Below are positions 1 through 11,166 of a DNA stretch of 44,617 nt, piece after piece. Position 1 is the stretch's first letter. Each line of letters starts with the position of its first letter. The position numbers and the translations under genes were made by a program. The notes beneath the pieces were generated by a model. The model ran no database searches. It had not been told where the DNA came from and worked only from the letters and a program-made list of their open reading frames with translations. Source of the stretch: Klebsormidium nitens (taxonomy: Eukaryota; Plantae; Klebsormidiophyceae); assembly GCA_000708835.1 (NCBI GenBank), contig DF237623.1, positions 1 to 44,617 on the forward strand, written 5' to 3'.

Positions 1-246
1 GCACATGTGAAGTAGACAGGCAGCGTGTGACCCTGTCCAACCGTCACAAACTTACACTTTGTAAAGATCTGAAGGCTAGCGAGGAAGACGATCATTCGAG
101 TAGACCTCGCGAGGCATTGACTTGAGTCGACACAATTGAACTTGTTGCTTGTTTGATTGCTTGTTTGAGAGGCGCTTGCTTCTAGTAGCGTTTTGGTTTG
201 GGACACTTGTCTCCGTAGCGTTTGGCTGGCATTTCTGCGAGTATTG

Positions 247-691
247 CATACTTGGGCGTGGTCTCAAAACAGATTTGCAGTCACTATGAGAACGCCGACA
301 ATTTGCCAGCCGCCGGGCCCCCACCCCCCTGAATTTTCAGCCAAATTTGGGGCCAGCCGCCGGGCTGCCCCCCCCCAAAAATTGGGAACAAAATTCCAAA
401 AACTGAGGCTATACGGAACTTTTTGGGCAACATACGGCCGGGAATGCACAAAGAACTATTTCCTATGTTTCATAAGCGCGTGGCGGCTGCGAAAACCGCC
501 GGCATATCTTGGAATCATGCAACTTTTGTTGGTTTGGAACCCGGGCATGTTTTCCCCGAGCACAGCCGCCGGCCGCCAGACCCCTGGGCCGCCGGGCACT
601 TTCGCCAGCCGCCGGGCCCCCACCCCACTCGAGCAAATGTCGGCGTTCTCGCAGTGGCTGTAAATGTGTTTTGAGACCACGCCTAGGTGTG
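247..691. mobile_element. MITE-like non-autonomous element with ~55-bp imperfect terminal inverted repeats
   Basis: 255-306 (ggcgtggtctcaaaacagatttgcagtcactatgagaacgccgacaatttgc) is an imperfect reverse complement of 633-683, with looser pairing out to ~247/691. The internal 14-mer gccagccgccgggc recurs at 305, 352 and 604. No coding capacity and no clear TSD. Confidence 0.6.
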
Positions 692-1251
692 AGATTGTCA
701 GGCCTTCCGGGACGCCTTAAGCCCCGCAACGACGTTCTCAGCCTCATACCCTCTCGCAACCTGCCATATCACTTGGTTCTGAGCTCGATCAGACTTCACC
801 GCGAATGTACAACATTGCAACGTGGTGAATGCACAGTGGCCCAGTCAACGGGAGCACAGTGCCAGTGGTGAGCTTGTGCGAGTTGTAACTGTTTGTCTCG
901 ATTCGTCACTTCACATGACTGCTAGCTGGAGTGGTTTGGGACACTCCCCTGTGCAATACTTCTCGGTAGTATCGCACTTGTCCGGTTAGCTTTGCATGGG
1001 CCCAACGCTATATTCCGCTGCCTGCTAATCGATAGTTAAGTTGTCTGTAGCTCCACGCTGAGTTACGCTGACAGTTAGCTGTGGGTTAGTATAACTCTGA
1101 GCCATACGGGAGTGGGAACTAGGAGTGGTGTTTATTGTAGACTCCTGCTAGTGGTCCCAGCGTTCCGGTGGTCTTCCTAGTGCAGTACAGAGTGCCCCTA
1201 TAATACCCCCCTTCGCTTGATTTTCCACGGAAAACATTGTGCCCGGGGGAC

Positions 1252-1331
1252 GTCGACCTAGCGTAGTGGTAGTGCGAAGTGTCCAAGGCCTCAAAACGGA
1301 GGCTCGAATCCGTCAAAAACTTCTACTTTTT
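1252..1331 (+). ncRNA. tRNA-derived sequence (SINE head or tRNA pseudogene) with Pol III A and B boxes
   Basis: A-box TAGCGTAGTGG at 1259-1269 matches TRGCNNARYGG. B-box GGCTCGAATCC at 1301-1311 has one mismatch to GGTTCGANTCC. Spacing is tRNA-like, a D-stem GCGT/GTGC can form, and TTTTT follows at 1327-1331. Acceptor and anticodon stems do not pair, so it is not a functional tRNA. Confidence 0.45.
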
Positions 1332-1723
1332 GGGTGTTCCGCAGAGCGGCGCATGCAGTATCACAGTAAATTTACTCGAGCCGATCACCTAGGAGTCTGA
1401 AGAGTCGAATCCGGACCTTTCAAATCAATTCGGGGTACGCCCCGGCGACTCCGGCGCTTTGCGGCGCAGGTCTCTAGATTTTCACAATGACTTGTGATCT
1501 CCCCGTGTCCTCTGGACTCGAAGTGGACAGAGTTGCGAATCACCGTACGCCGGTGTCATCAGTTTCAACCGAGCACCGACTTTCGAGTGACAAGCGGTAT
1601 GTAGAGTGAACCGCGTGAAGTTGTGCGATCGACGGCGAGATTGGTGACGGGTCGTGACCGCCGGCTGCCGGTATCTGCTTAGCGTCCGGCGTCACGGGTT
1701 ACAGAACGCCCACTTCAAGATGT

Positions 1724-1948
1724 ACAGTTACAGGTACAGTTACAGTTTTAGTACAGTGTACAGTTTCATTTATAATAACACTTACAGTTTTGATTTAACG
1801 GTTATTGTCACACTCAAAACTACGACATGACTCTGGATAAGTTGCAACTTTAGTGGAGTGGATCGTGTACAGCCATGGTTAAAACGGCACAGACAAAGTT
1901 ACAGAGACCAGTCACAGTTAAAGTTACAGTTACAGTTACAGCTACAGT
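1724..1948. repeat. Degenerate (GTTACA)n hexamer repeat blocks (continues at 2601-2632 after the LINE insertion)
   Basis: Runs of gttaca/gctaca/ggtaca at ~1724-1790, ~1897-1948 and 2601-2632. Confidence 0.75.
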
Positions 1949-2600
1949 ATCCAAGAAATTCGATCTTGGTTCGGTGATATGATTTCGATCTTATATCCGA
2001 CTCTCGATTATCATAATCTAGAACTCCCCGTACTCTTATTTGGTTACAATACACATATACCCGCTCGCGACATTGCCCCGTGGAAACTTCTTCACGCAGA
2101 AACCCTCCGTGCAATATGGTTAGCGCGCAATGAAAGCATTTTTGAAGGAAGGACTGTATCTCTGAACGAAACCATTGCTCTTATCAAATGCCGCATTCTT
2201 CAATCTGCACAGATTTACTATTATAACATTCGCAATTCACATGCTAAGAACAAGAGACGTCGCATTAAAAGATTCCTGCATCTTTGGACAATCACTGTCC
2301 CCATTTGCATGCTAAATAGTAAAGGCTATCTTGCTTTGAACCCTCTTCTGACGACTTAGCCTAGCCGCTATATACCGCACATATAATCAACGGATCAGCG
2401 CTATCTTATACATGTTCACCACAACGTGATTATCGCGGTCTTTATTGTTCGATAAAAGGGGGTGGCCCGGGAGCATAACCCGGTCTGTTTTTAAGCATCC
2501 TGTGAACCCACGAGCTAGTGCGGTTTCTTAGGAACCCTAGCTCGGTGGGGGATGCCCACCTTCCTCCCTGCGGGGAAAGAAAAAAAAAAATAAAACAAAA
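1949..2600 (+). mobile_element. 5'-truncated non-LTR retrotransposon (L1/Tx1-like), ORF2 C-terminus + 3'UTR + poly(A)
   Basis: The frame is open from the 5' junction (1949-2359) and encodes WKLLHAETLRAIWLARNESIFEG (W-x-x-RN-x-x-x-F motif of L1/Tx1 ORF2 C-termini) and a terminal FLHLW. An A-rich tail lies at 2576-2601. A 15-bp direct repeat agttacagctacagt at 1934-1948 and 2601-2615 acts as the TSD. Confidence 0.85.
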
Positions 2601-2777
2601 AGTTACAGCTACAGTTACAGTTATCTGCTTACATAACAAATCTAACCTTACCCGGTTGAGGTTCACTACGTATATGCAGAGCTCGGTTCATCATCGTGGG
2701 GGGTGCCGCGGGAAAATTTAGACACAGGTAATCTATTGAAGTTCCAAAGCTACGGTCAAAATCGTCCGGGAAATCGA

Positions 2778-2819
2778 CGGGCCTGGATTGTCGGGCCTGG
2801 ATTGTGCGGGCCTGGATTG
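2778..2819. repeat. Three copies of 13-mer cgggcctggattg
   Basis: Copies at 2778, 2792 and 2807. Confidence 0.85.
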
Positions 2820-3950
2820 GTACTCTCCCTTCTAGGGCGGCTCAGTTGAGAGGAGATATAGAGGTGCTGTGTCAAGGCCTCGAATATGTGCGTACTGACT
2901 CTTACCAATCTAGGGTGCCGGGTCACTTTGAACTGGCGCATGCACCCCCTAATCGGTATTCTGTTCAAATCTGTTGAAGGGAGGGGGCTTGGGTTGCTTC
3001 AAAGTTCAGCGGCCAGCCAGACAAAGGTGTGGATGAGCAGTGAGGGGGGGACTTGAGGCCTTTGGCAGGCTTCAAGGCCGCGAGCTAAGCCCCAGCCGGA
3101 TTTCAGCTGAAGAACATACATTAATACATACGGTATGCTTCCGGCTCTGCCCTTCGTAATAGGTAGCAAGGACATTCATATGCAGCCGATCAGGCTCCAA
3201 ACCGCTGTTGAACCACCGACAAGAGAAGGCATTGGCAAATCCCAAGTTTTTCCCATGATGCCGCATAGTTCATCATCTGTACCACCCGGGGTGACCAATT
3301 CGATGAACATCTATGTAGGCCGGCGATATCGACCCACACATGTGGTCCAGCTAGCTCTCCATGCAAGCTTATACGCCACATTGGCCACAATACATAAGCA
3401 TATAACCCCGGGGCACAATAGAAACTAAGTTGGATGAGTACGATCTAGGCTGCTCCCCCATGGGCCAGGCTTGTTCTCACATGTGCCAGGAACTCCCTGG
3501 TCTCCGCATATGTGGCTCGAAGGACAGGTAGAGACACGGGCTCCATAACTCGGGTCAGACCGGCGGCCTCGGAGGACCCCGGCCCTTGGGCCCAAGAACT
3601 CATTGCAAGAGTCGTGACTAAAGCGACTAGGTTTGAATTGGATTTGAACCCATGACTCGAAATGTGATTTGTGACGTAGGACTTAACACTTGAATGCCAT
3701 ACTTCCACCTTAATGAGCATCCGATCACATGTTCCCAATAAAATATACTGGTTGGTACACGGACAGAGTGAAAACGGTATGTCCATAATCTGCCAGCCTG
3801 CTCCTTCTTCGTACAAAATTCCACCGATTACCCCAGCTTTCAAAAAGACATAGGTTCTGACTAACTGTGCGCAAGCTGATTTGGACTCGTGGTTTTATAA
3901 ATGGCCAGAGCTCATTCGTTCTATTTACAGAAAGCAAGAGCTTATGGGAG

Positions 3951-6900
3951 CTAGCCCATGGTGTATGATGCACTTGGAAGGTTGATCACTGTGCTCTTTG
4001 TCTTGGTCATCAACAGGATGCTGTTTGGGATACCTTGAGTGCCAATACCTGCAACAAAGAGGAGACCATGCCATCAATTTTGCAATCAGTAAACCCTGCG
4101 AATATAACACTGTCTCCATCCAATGCATTTTTTCGAACCCTCTAAGCAATCGACTATAGTACTACCAGCTGCTTGTAGCCTTTTCAAACACAGGCGTGCC
4201 TGCATCAGGTTGCGACCGCACACAATACAAGAAACGCATGACCAACACGCCCGCTCTCTCACAACGTGAAGCTTGCGCTCAAGGAGACGCTGTGCGGCAA
4301 GCACGAATTCATTTCTCACCGGAGTCCCTGATTCCCTGGAAAGGGAAGTGGTCGGGTCCTCGCGCAGGGGCGGAGTTGATCTGCACGGTGCCCGTCTCCA
4401 TGGCATCGCTGATGAACATGGCCTTGTTGATGTCCTGCGTAAAGATGCAACCCTGCACAGCACGGCAAAAGAGGTCAACGATCCGACATCGTCCGAGATG
4501 AGCAAGACGTTGCCGCTCTAAGCGGTGTGCACTCTTTGTTGCTGATATGAGCCTTTGAACCCAGAGAAGACGACGGCGTCTGGCAACCACCGTTTGTGAC
4601 AAGTGCTTCCCAACGGCTGACACCAATATGGACAGACACAACCCAAAAGTACTAACAGCAGACGGCCCTGCATGTGGCGACATGAAGTAGCTTTTTGCAG
4701 CAAATTTGATCTCAAGGCGGGGCTAAGCGAGCCGATCTCGTAAGGTGGGCGCGCGCTTGCCTGCAGGCCGAACTGGCTGGCGTTGCAGTGGTGGATCGCC
4801 TCCTCCACGGTCTTGACCCGGATGACCGGCAGGATGGGCCCGAACGGCTCCTCCCACGCGATGCGCATCTCCGGCTTCACGTGGTCGATCAGGACCGGCC
4901 AAATCAGGTTGCCCTCGCGCTTGTACGCCTGTGGGGCACACGCACGCGGGTGTTAAGGGCACAGTCAGGGGTACAAGTTGTTGTCTGTAGATGATTGTCT
5001 AGGGGAATATATGCTTAATCTAGACCTTTCTGATGCTGCATCGCTGTTGAGCGTGAACAATTGTCCGGGCGGACTACATAACTGACCCAGATCTTTCTGA
5101 CGTTGCAAACGCTGCTGACGGGACAAAGCCTTTTCAAAAGCTTATCTTTCTGCAGCAGATACTGAATCCAATGCTGAGTCTTCGTACACTGTACGGACAC
5201 CTTCTCCAAAGTGCACATGCACCGGCCGCTTCTAACATTTCAAAACAGAGCTGCTATAGGAGTTCCTTGATGGTCAAAGATCCGGCTTCTCGTGCTAGGA
5301 TTTCATCCCTGCCCACCCGCAAACACGTCCGTGAGCAACGTGTGCAGCGGGTTACCTGGCAAAGCGTGGCGCCCTTGGTCTCGGCGTCCTTGACGAGGCC
5401 CTCGATGAAGTTGGCGCTCGACTCGGTGACGACGGGCGTGATCTGCGCGTCGTCCTCGGGCATGCCCACGCTGAGCTTGGCCACCTTGGCGTTCACCAGC
5501 TCCACGAGCTTGTCGGCAACGCTCTCCAGCACCAGCACCACCTTGATCGCAGTGCACCGTTGCCCACTGCGCGCGCCAGGCACACAAATACGTGAGCAAT
5601 TAGACTGACAAATGCGACCGACTCTTGACCAATCAATTTTCTCCATCCATGAGCCGCATTCTCCCCAGAGCTACCCTTGAAAGTTATGACGAACGACGGA
5701 CAGTGGTCGAGGCCGCCGCGTGGTGAGAGTACATGTTCGGGGCAACCCCCTGCGGAAGATCTACAGTCAAATTTTGATCGACAATCAGACATCTCGGCAG
5801 CAGTACGAGGCCCTGGCGACGTTTGAGGGCCGACAGACGCCCAGAGCATCCTTACGAGGATGAATTGGGGGCTAATTGGTGTTGCAACACTGGGGATGGC
5901 ACATGCGGGACCCCTTAAACACTTTCAACATAGTTTGTGGCGGTCACCTGTAGGAGAAGCCCCCCTTGATGATGTTGGCGGCCACCAAGTCGAGGTCGGC
6001 GTCCTCCAGCACGATGCACGCGTCCTTGCCGCCCAGCTCCATCTGCATCGGCACCATGCCCGCCTTGCGCGCAATGCTGATGCCCGTGTCGCCGCCGGTG
6101 AAGCTGCGGGACACAGGTATAACATCTAGGGTCAGGCACGTCCACAGCGACTGCTGTAAGAGGGTAGCCATAAGCGTGCCGAAAGAATGGGATACCTGCT
6201 AGAAGCAACTGGTCCGTCTAACCAAGCACTCGTTTGCAAGGGTTATAGGGGATCGTCAAGGTCAGAAATCTCGCATAATTTGAAGGCTGTCGCTCACGCG
6301 AGATATCGACACTCGACACACAAAGAGGACAACTCCCATCAGTGGCTGCCTGCTTTTCGGAACTATTCAGAAGCACTGAGTGATACATCCCCCAAGATAC
6401 AGCGCTCAACGACTACCTAGCGTACATCTTCAATCTGGACTACTGAGCATACCTGATGCAGTTGACGCTGGGGTGAGTGGTGAGGAAGTCGCCGATCTCG
6501 GAGCCCTTGCCGGTGACGCAGCTGAGCAGGCCCGGGGGGAAGCCCGCCAGGTGGAAGCAGTGCACCATGTGCAGCCCCGACACAGCACCCTGTGCACAAC
6601 ACAGCGTCAGGGCACCCTCAAAGCAGGAGTCGAGGCCGGAAGATATGTAGTGCTGCGGCCTAGATCACAGGAGCCATGTCAAAAGACAGACTGGGAGAAG
6701 CAACAAATTGGCGTCGGAAGGAAGCTACGAGGGGTTCGGTAAAGCCAAGCGTACGCCACTCACCTGGGTGGGGGGCTTGAGGACAACGGCGTTTCCAGCA
6801 ATAAGGGCAGGGGCGATCTTAGAGACAGCGAGGTTGACGGGGTAGCTGCAGGGCAAGGAAGATACGCAGTTGCAGCTTCCCATTTCGTCTACCAGGTCAA

Positions 6901-9360
6901 TCAAAGATGAGTCGAAGTGATTGTCTTGTCACGTTGCTTCAGCTCAGAGGGCGCGATTGCTAATCAAAGGGGCAAGGGTATATGTCAAGCACACATTTCT
7001 AACCATCCATAGAAGCTGGGGAACAAAGTTGAAGCGTGACTGGCTTACTTGAACGGCGGGATGCAGAGGACTGTGCCCAAGGGAATCTGCAAGTGCCAGG
7101 AATACAGGAGTCAGCTCTTGCATCGGTCAAACCTGATAATCAGATCGACCACCTCTAAAAGCTTCAGACCAGCCGCTTTACACTGACGAATCTAAGGATT
7201 GAAGCGCATGATCCTTGGCCACCGCCTTTCCTTGCAGGAACTCTTCATGGGTCAGACTATACAGTAGTGCGCCAACAGCTCACAATCCCAGAAAATACAT
7301 TGCGGACCACTCCGGATATGAGGAGTCAGTGACTTTGCTGTCCTGGCAAGTACGATGCTCACCTTTGATGCCAGGCACAATTTGTTGCGGTCAGTTCCAG
7401 GGAAGCTGTCCGACATAATGAACTTGCCCTCGCCAAGCAGGCGCACTCCCTCCTCAGCACAGTACGAGATCAGGTCTCCCGAGCGCACAACCTGTGCGGG
7501 GAGTGGGGCACAGAATCAGGTCAGTTAACCATCCAAAGCGGCTGCGTCCTACTTACTCGCGTCCTACTTACTCCCGTCCTACTTACTCCTCCTGAAAAAG
7601 TAACATTAGTGCATGAGTATATTTGTGCACCAGTTTATTGATGTAAGGCGCACTCAAACAAAGCATTTCTCTAACCAAGGAGTGTTGTTGATGATCCAAG
7701 CAAGCATGCCTGAAAGTCAAAGCCATGCTTGGTGGTGCGCACCTCAGTCACGGCATCCTTTGCTGGCTTGGCAATCTCCTTGACCAGCGCGGCTGCGATG
7801 GGCGTCTTGTGCTCCTTGAGCATCGCCGCCGCCTTGTGCAGTAGCTCCGCACGCTTCCACAGTGGGGTCTTGGCCCATGCCTTTTGCGCCACCTTGGCAG
7901 AAGCAAACACCGCATTCACCTCGTCCTGGGTGCACGCTGGACAAGCAATGTGGCACGTCAGCACTGGCAGAAACTTGACTCGTTGAGCAGAGGTTCCTGA
8001 AAAGGTTGGATGAAACGTGCAAAGGAGACACCGTTCTTCCTACAAACAGATTGCTAAGAGCACACAATTGGGAAGCATATATTTGACTGCCACCTTTTCG
8101 AAATTTGCGCAATCTGGACCTGTAATCAGCCAGACAATTTCTGATCATCGTTGTTTCGCAGACACGAGTTGAAACTACTTGACAAAACATGCTTGTCAAG
8201 CGCACCATAGTCGTTTGATCAGGATGGACAACACCATGCGGTGAGCCGCCGTTCCTCCTACGAACAATTTGCTAAGAGCATAAAAGAGGAAAGCAGATAA
8301 GTGGCTCTTAGACTGCCACCTGTACTTGATTGCGGTCTGGACAAGCAACCACGTTTTTCTGAGGCAGCTAATAAAAGATCATCACATGTTTCTCACGCCA
8401 TGTTTTGAATCTACTTTAAGAAATAGGTTCTACATCTGTAAGCGGCTGACTGTAGATCGCCACCTATGGGTTTAGTGAGAAGCGCCATGCAGCAGAACAT
8501 GTTAAATTGCACAATAACAAAGTATAAAGGACCTTCCAAGCATTTCTGATCGTTCAAAGTTTGCAAAGAACCACCCTAAACGCCCGAGTCAGTTCATGAC
8601 AATGTTCATGACTCAACATAAAGTGCTTCTATTGTTGTCATGGCAATACTCGCCCCATTTGTGGACCACTTTGCACTTGGATAGCTAAGTATGTAAAACA
8701 GCAATGTCAATGCAACTAAAGCCAAGGGGTGCATTGCATGCTCCCGCACAACTCGAGCTCTTCCAAGGACATCTTCCATCCACATGATTGTAGTACCACA
8801 AGCTTTGCAAACTGAGAAGCTAAATCATCTGAGTTAAGCCTTGAGCTTTCATTGCTCCTTCATTGATAGCTTTCATTTGGAGAAAGCAAAGGATTTCAAT
8901 AAAGGCCTGAATGGGACGCAAGCAGAAAGCCATGAAAGTTCTCTGAACGCATGGCAGGACCGACTACGACGAGGAGTCTCCTGCTGCAGATCTTCTGATC
9001 CTCTTTGCCTCAGATCTGACGTAGTGAGCAGGACTATGAATCACAAAAGACGAAAGAATTACGCTGCAAGCGCTGATGTGCTACTGAGTTGCTCAGATCA
9101 ATTGTGCGGACAACTCTAAATGACGAGTACATCATTTGCTAGCTTGCAATCAGTGACCAAGGAAGCCAGATCAAGCAAGCGAGATAAAGCTCGGATCCAT
9201 CAGAGTCCGCACCTTGCACTTTGTATTGGACCTTTTGCGTGCTTGGGTTGACCACATTCACGGTCTTCTTCGAGGCCGACTCCTGCCATTTGCCCTCCGA
9301 ATAAAACTTGAAGGTATCCTCCCCAGCCGCAAGATCTTCGAAAACACCCGTGCCCGCCAT
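3951..9360 (-). CDS. GAPN: NADP-dependent non-phosphorylating glyceraldehyde-3-phosphate dehydrogenase (ALDH11), 11 exons, 497 aa
   Basis: Exons 9213-9360, 7743-7936, 7363-7491, 7049-7086, 6764-6845, 6453-6589, 5948-6103, 5356-5566, 4761-4928, 4320-4452, 3951-4048 sum to 1494 nt with consistent phases. Motifs [34 protein letters not shown] (catalytic Cys), [15 protein letters not shown] and the C-terminal [12 protein letters not shown] match plant GAPN. Confidence 0.97.
7545..7589. repeat. Intronic tandem repeat, 3 x 15 bp (cgtcctacttactcS)
   Basis: Units at 7545, 7560 and 7575 in GAPN intron 2. Confidence 0.9.
8030..8440. repeat. Diverged ~218-bp tandem duplication in GAPN intron 1
   Basis: ccgttcttcctacaaacagattgctaagagca...gactgccacct (from ~8031) versus ccgttcctcctacgaacaatttgctaagagca...gactgccacct (from ~8249). 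Similarity continues through gatcatc...tgtttc and ctacttt. Confidence 0.65.
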
Positions 9361-9602
9361 GATCCTATACCAAAAGACCAACGCCAAGCCTTTCACAAGT
9401 TTCAGCTGCTGCCACAGACCCCTTGTTCTTCCTCAACTTCAAGTTCAAGCTGACGTTTGAGATACCCGAATAAACTTCGCAATGTGTTCAATCTCGCTGC
9501 TTCGCAAGCCAGTCCCGCAAGCACTTGCAATCCTCAACTCTCGCAAAAGTTCTCAGCAAGACGTTGCGTATCAGTCATGCAGCACAGCCGCGCCCTGCAT
9601 GC

Positions 9603-9707
9603 ATATGTAAAGGTTATCCAACGAGTGCGAGAGAATGGCCCCGAGTGGAATATGAAGCTCGAGTTTGACGCGAAATCTTCGATATTCTCTCGCACTCGTT
9701 GGATAAC
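9603..9707. mobile_element. Fold-back derivative (right end' - partial hairpin - right end) of the hairpin repeat family
   Basis: gttatccaacgagtgcgagagaat (9613-9636) is the reverse complement of attctctcgcactcgttggataac (9684-9707). The interior matches the hairpin apex and the 19-bp IR seen in the copies at 9907 and 11472. Confidence 0.8.
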
Positions 9708-9709
9708 TA

Positions 9710-9901
9710 CCGTACTGCTATTTATTCTCGGCAAAAAATAAATAATTATCCGGGCCTGCCGAAAATTTCAGAAAATACTTTGAGGCGATAATGGTTCGAT
9801 AACGGTTATTTTAGCAGGTAACCACTGGTCTGCCGAAAGGATAGAAAGTTTCATAATTAATTATTCGGCGTCGAAGGTGCTGAAATCAAATAGCAGTACG
9901 G
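9710..9901. mobile_element. 192-bp MITE with 14-bp perfect TIRs and TA target-site duplication (Tc1/mariner-type signature)
   Basis: ccgtactgctattt at 9710-9723 and aaatagcagtacgg at 9888-9901, with TA at 9708-9709 and 9902-9903. Confidence 0.8.
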
Positions 9902-9906
9902 TACTA

Positions 9907-10295
9907 CTTATCCCACGACCGGTTTTTGCGCTCAGCCATTTCGGCGTTGAGTATTAGTAAAGTTTCGGCGTCGAACTTAATCGGCGACCCAGGCGTTGAA
10001 TATATATTTTTATTCAACGCTCAGCGGTGGAATAAACGCGAGACCCTTACCAGGTTCGACGATACATCGGAGTCCGGTCGTGAGATAAGTCGGTTACCCT
10101 CACTCCTGCTCGAGCATATCGAAGATTTCGCGTCGAACGAGAGCGGATATTCCACGAGGGCCTCCGAGGCCCGGGTGGAATATGAAGCTCGAGTATATAT
10201 ATTCAACGCCTGGGTCGCCGACTAAGTTCGACGCCGAAACTTTACTAATACTCAACGCCGAAATGGCTGAGCGCAAAAACCGGTCGTGGGATAAG
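9907..10295. mobile_element. 389-bp element with 101-bp TIRs (left-end/left-end' derivative of the hairpin repeat family)
   Basis: 9907-10007 and 10195-10295 are reverse complements with one mismatch. 9907-10134 is near-identical to 11472-11699. Confidence 0.9.
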
Positions 10296-11166
10296 AGGGG
10301 ACAGGAGTCAGGACCACAAGTCACATGCATCACATGGCGGGGCAGGCAAAAGCTGGGCAGGCAAAAGCTGCCTCTGCAGGATGGCCGGGAAGCTGCGCAC
10401 TGTGCTGCACTCGCACTGTGCACAGTCTGCTGTCTGCAGACGGTGTGCAGTGTGCACGAATCTTCTCATAAATCTTGATCGGCCATCGATTGATTAAACA
10501 TCCTGCTTCGACGGTCAGCTTTGGCCGTCTGTATCATATCGGACGGATGTTGTATTCACGGAAAGAGAGAAGAACACGCGGCAGCACAGCAATCGATGAA
10601 TCTCATATAGAATCTTTACGAGATCCGACCATGCAGAAGGGATAACAGAATTGCAATTCCAGGCATGCCAGGACCGTCGGTCAATCAATACCGGTAATCA
10701 AATTCCTCAAATTCAAAGACGAAGTTTGACTTGATAGGGTTCTAGGGTCGAGTCCGATCGGCTGACATAGTCTCCAAGGTGATTGGCATGTATCACATTA
10801 CATTCTTCATTCAAATACATTATACAAATTCGATGATTGCGGGCCGCTCATGATTTTCTGATCGTCTTGTTGCGGCACCGCCTGGCATATGTGGTGCATC
10901 ATTCTTGGATCGAATGAAAACGTGAAGCATGAATTCTCATCTGTGCGCCGCCGGCCGTCTAACGTACGTGTCACTCCTAGGTAATGATGGTAGACTGCAT
11001 AGGACGTAGCATGTGCAATTCGTCACTATAATGCTCTTAGCTAGGAGGAGCTAATGCACGTGCCGCTGGCCGGGCCGTCGCGTCACCAGCATAGCAATTT
11101 ATGTGCAATTATGATATGTCCGGATCGCTACCTTTTCAGTAATTCAATGAAGTACAGGGTCGAAAT

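Noticed and set aside
3072-3843. Several 60-130 aa ORFs downstream of GAPN
   Set aside because: No recognisable motifs or splice pattern, frames are interrupted, and part is probably GAPN 3'UTR.
9949-9957. gagtattag resembling the CRESS-virus nonanucleotide NANTATTAC
   Set aside because: The final base differs and it is not at the apex of a stem-loop.
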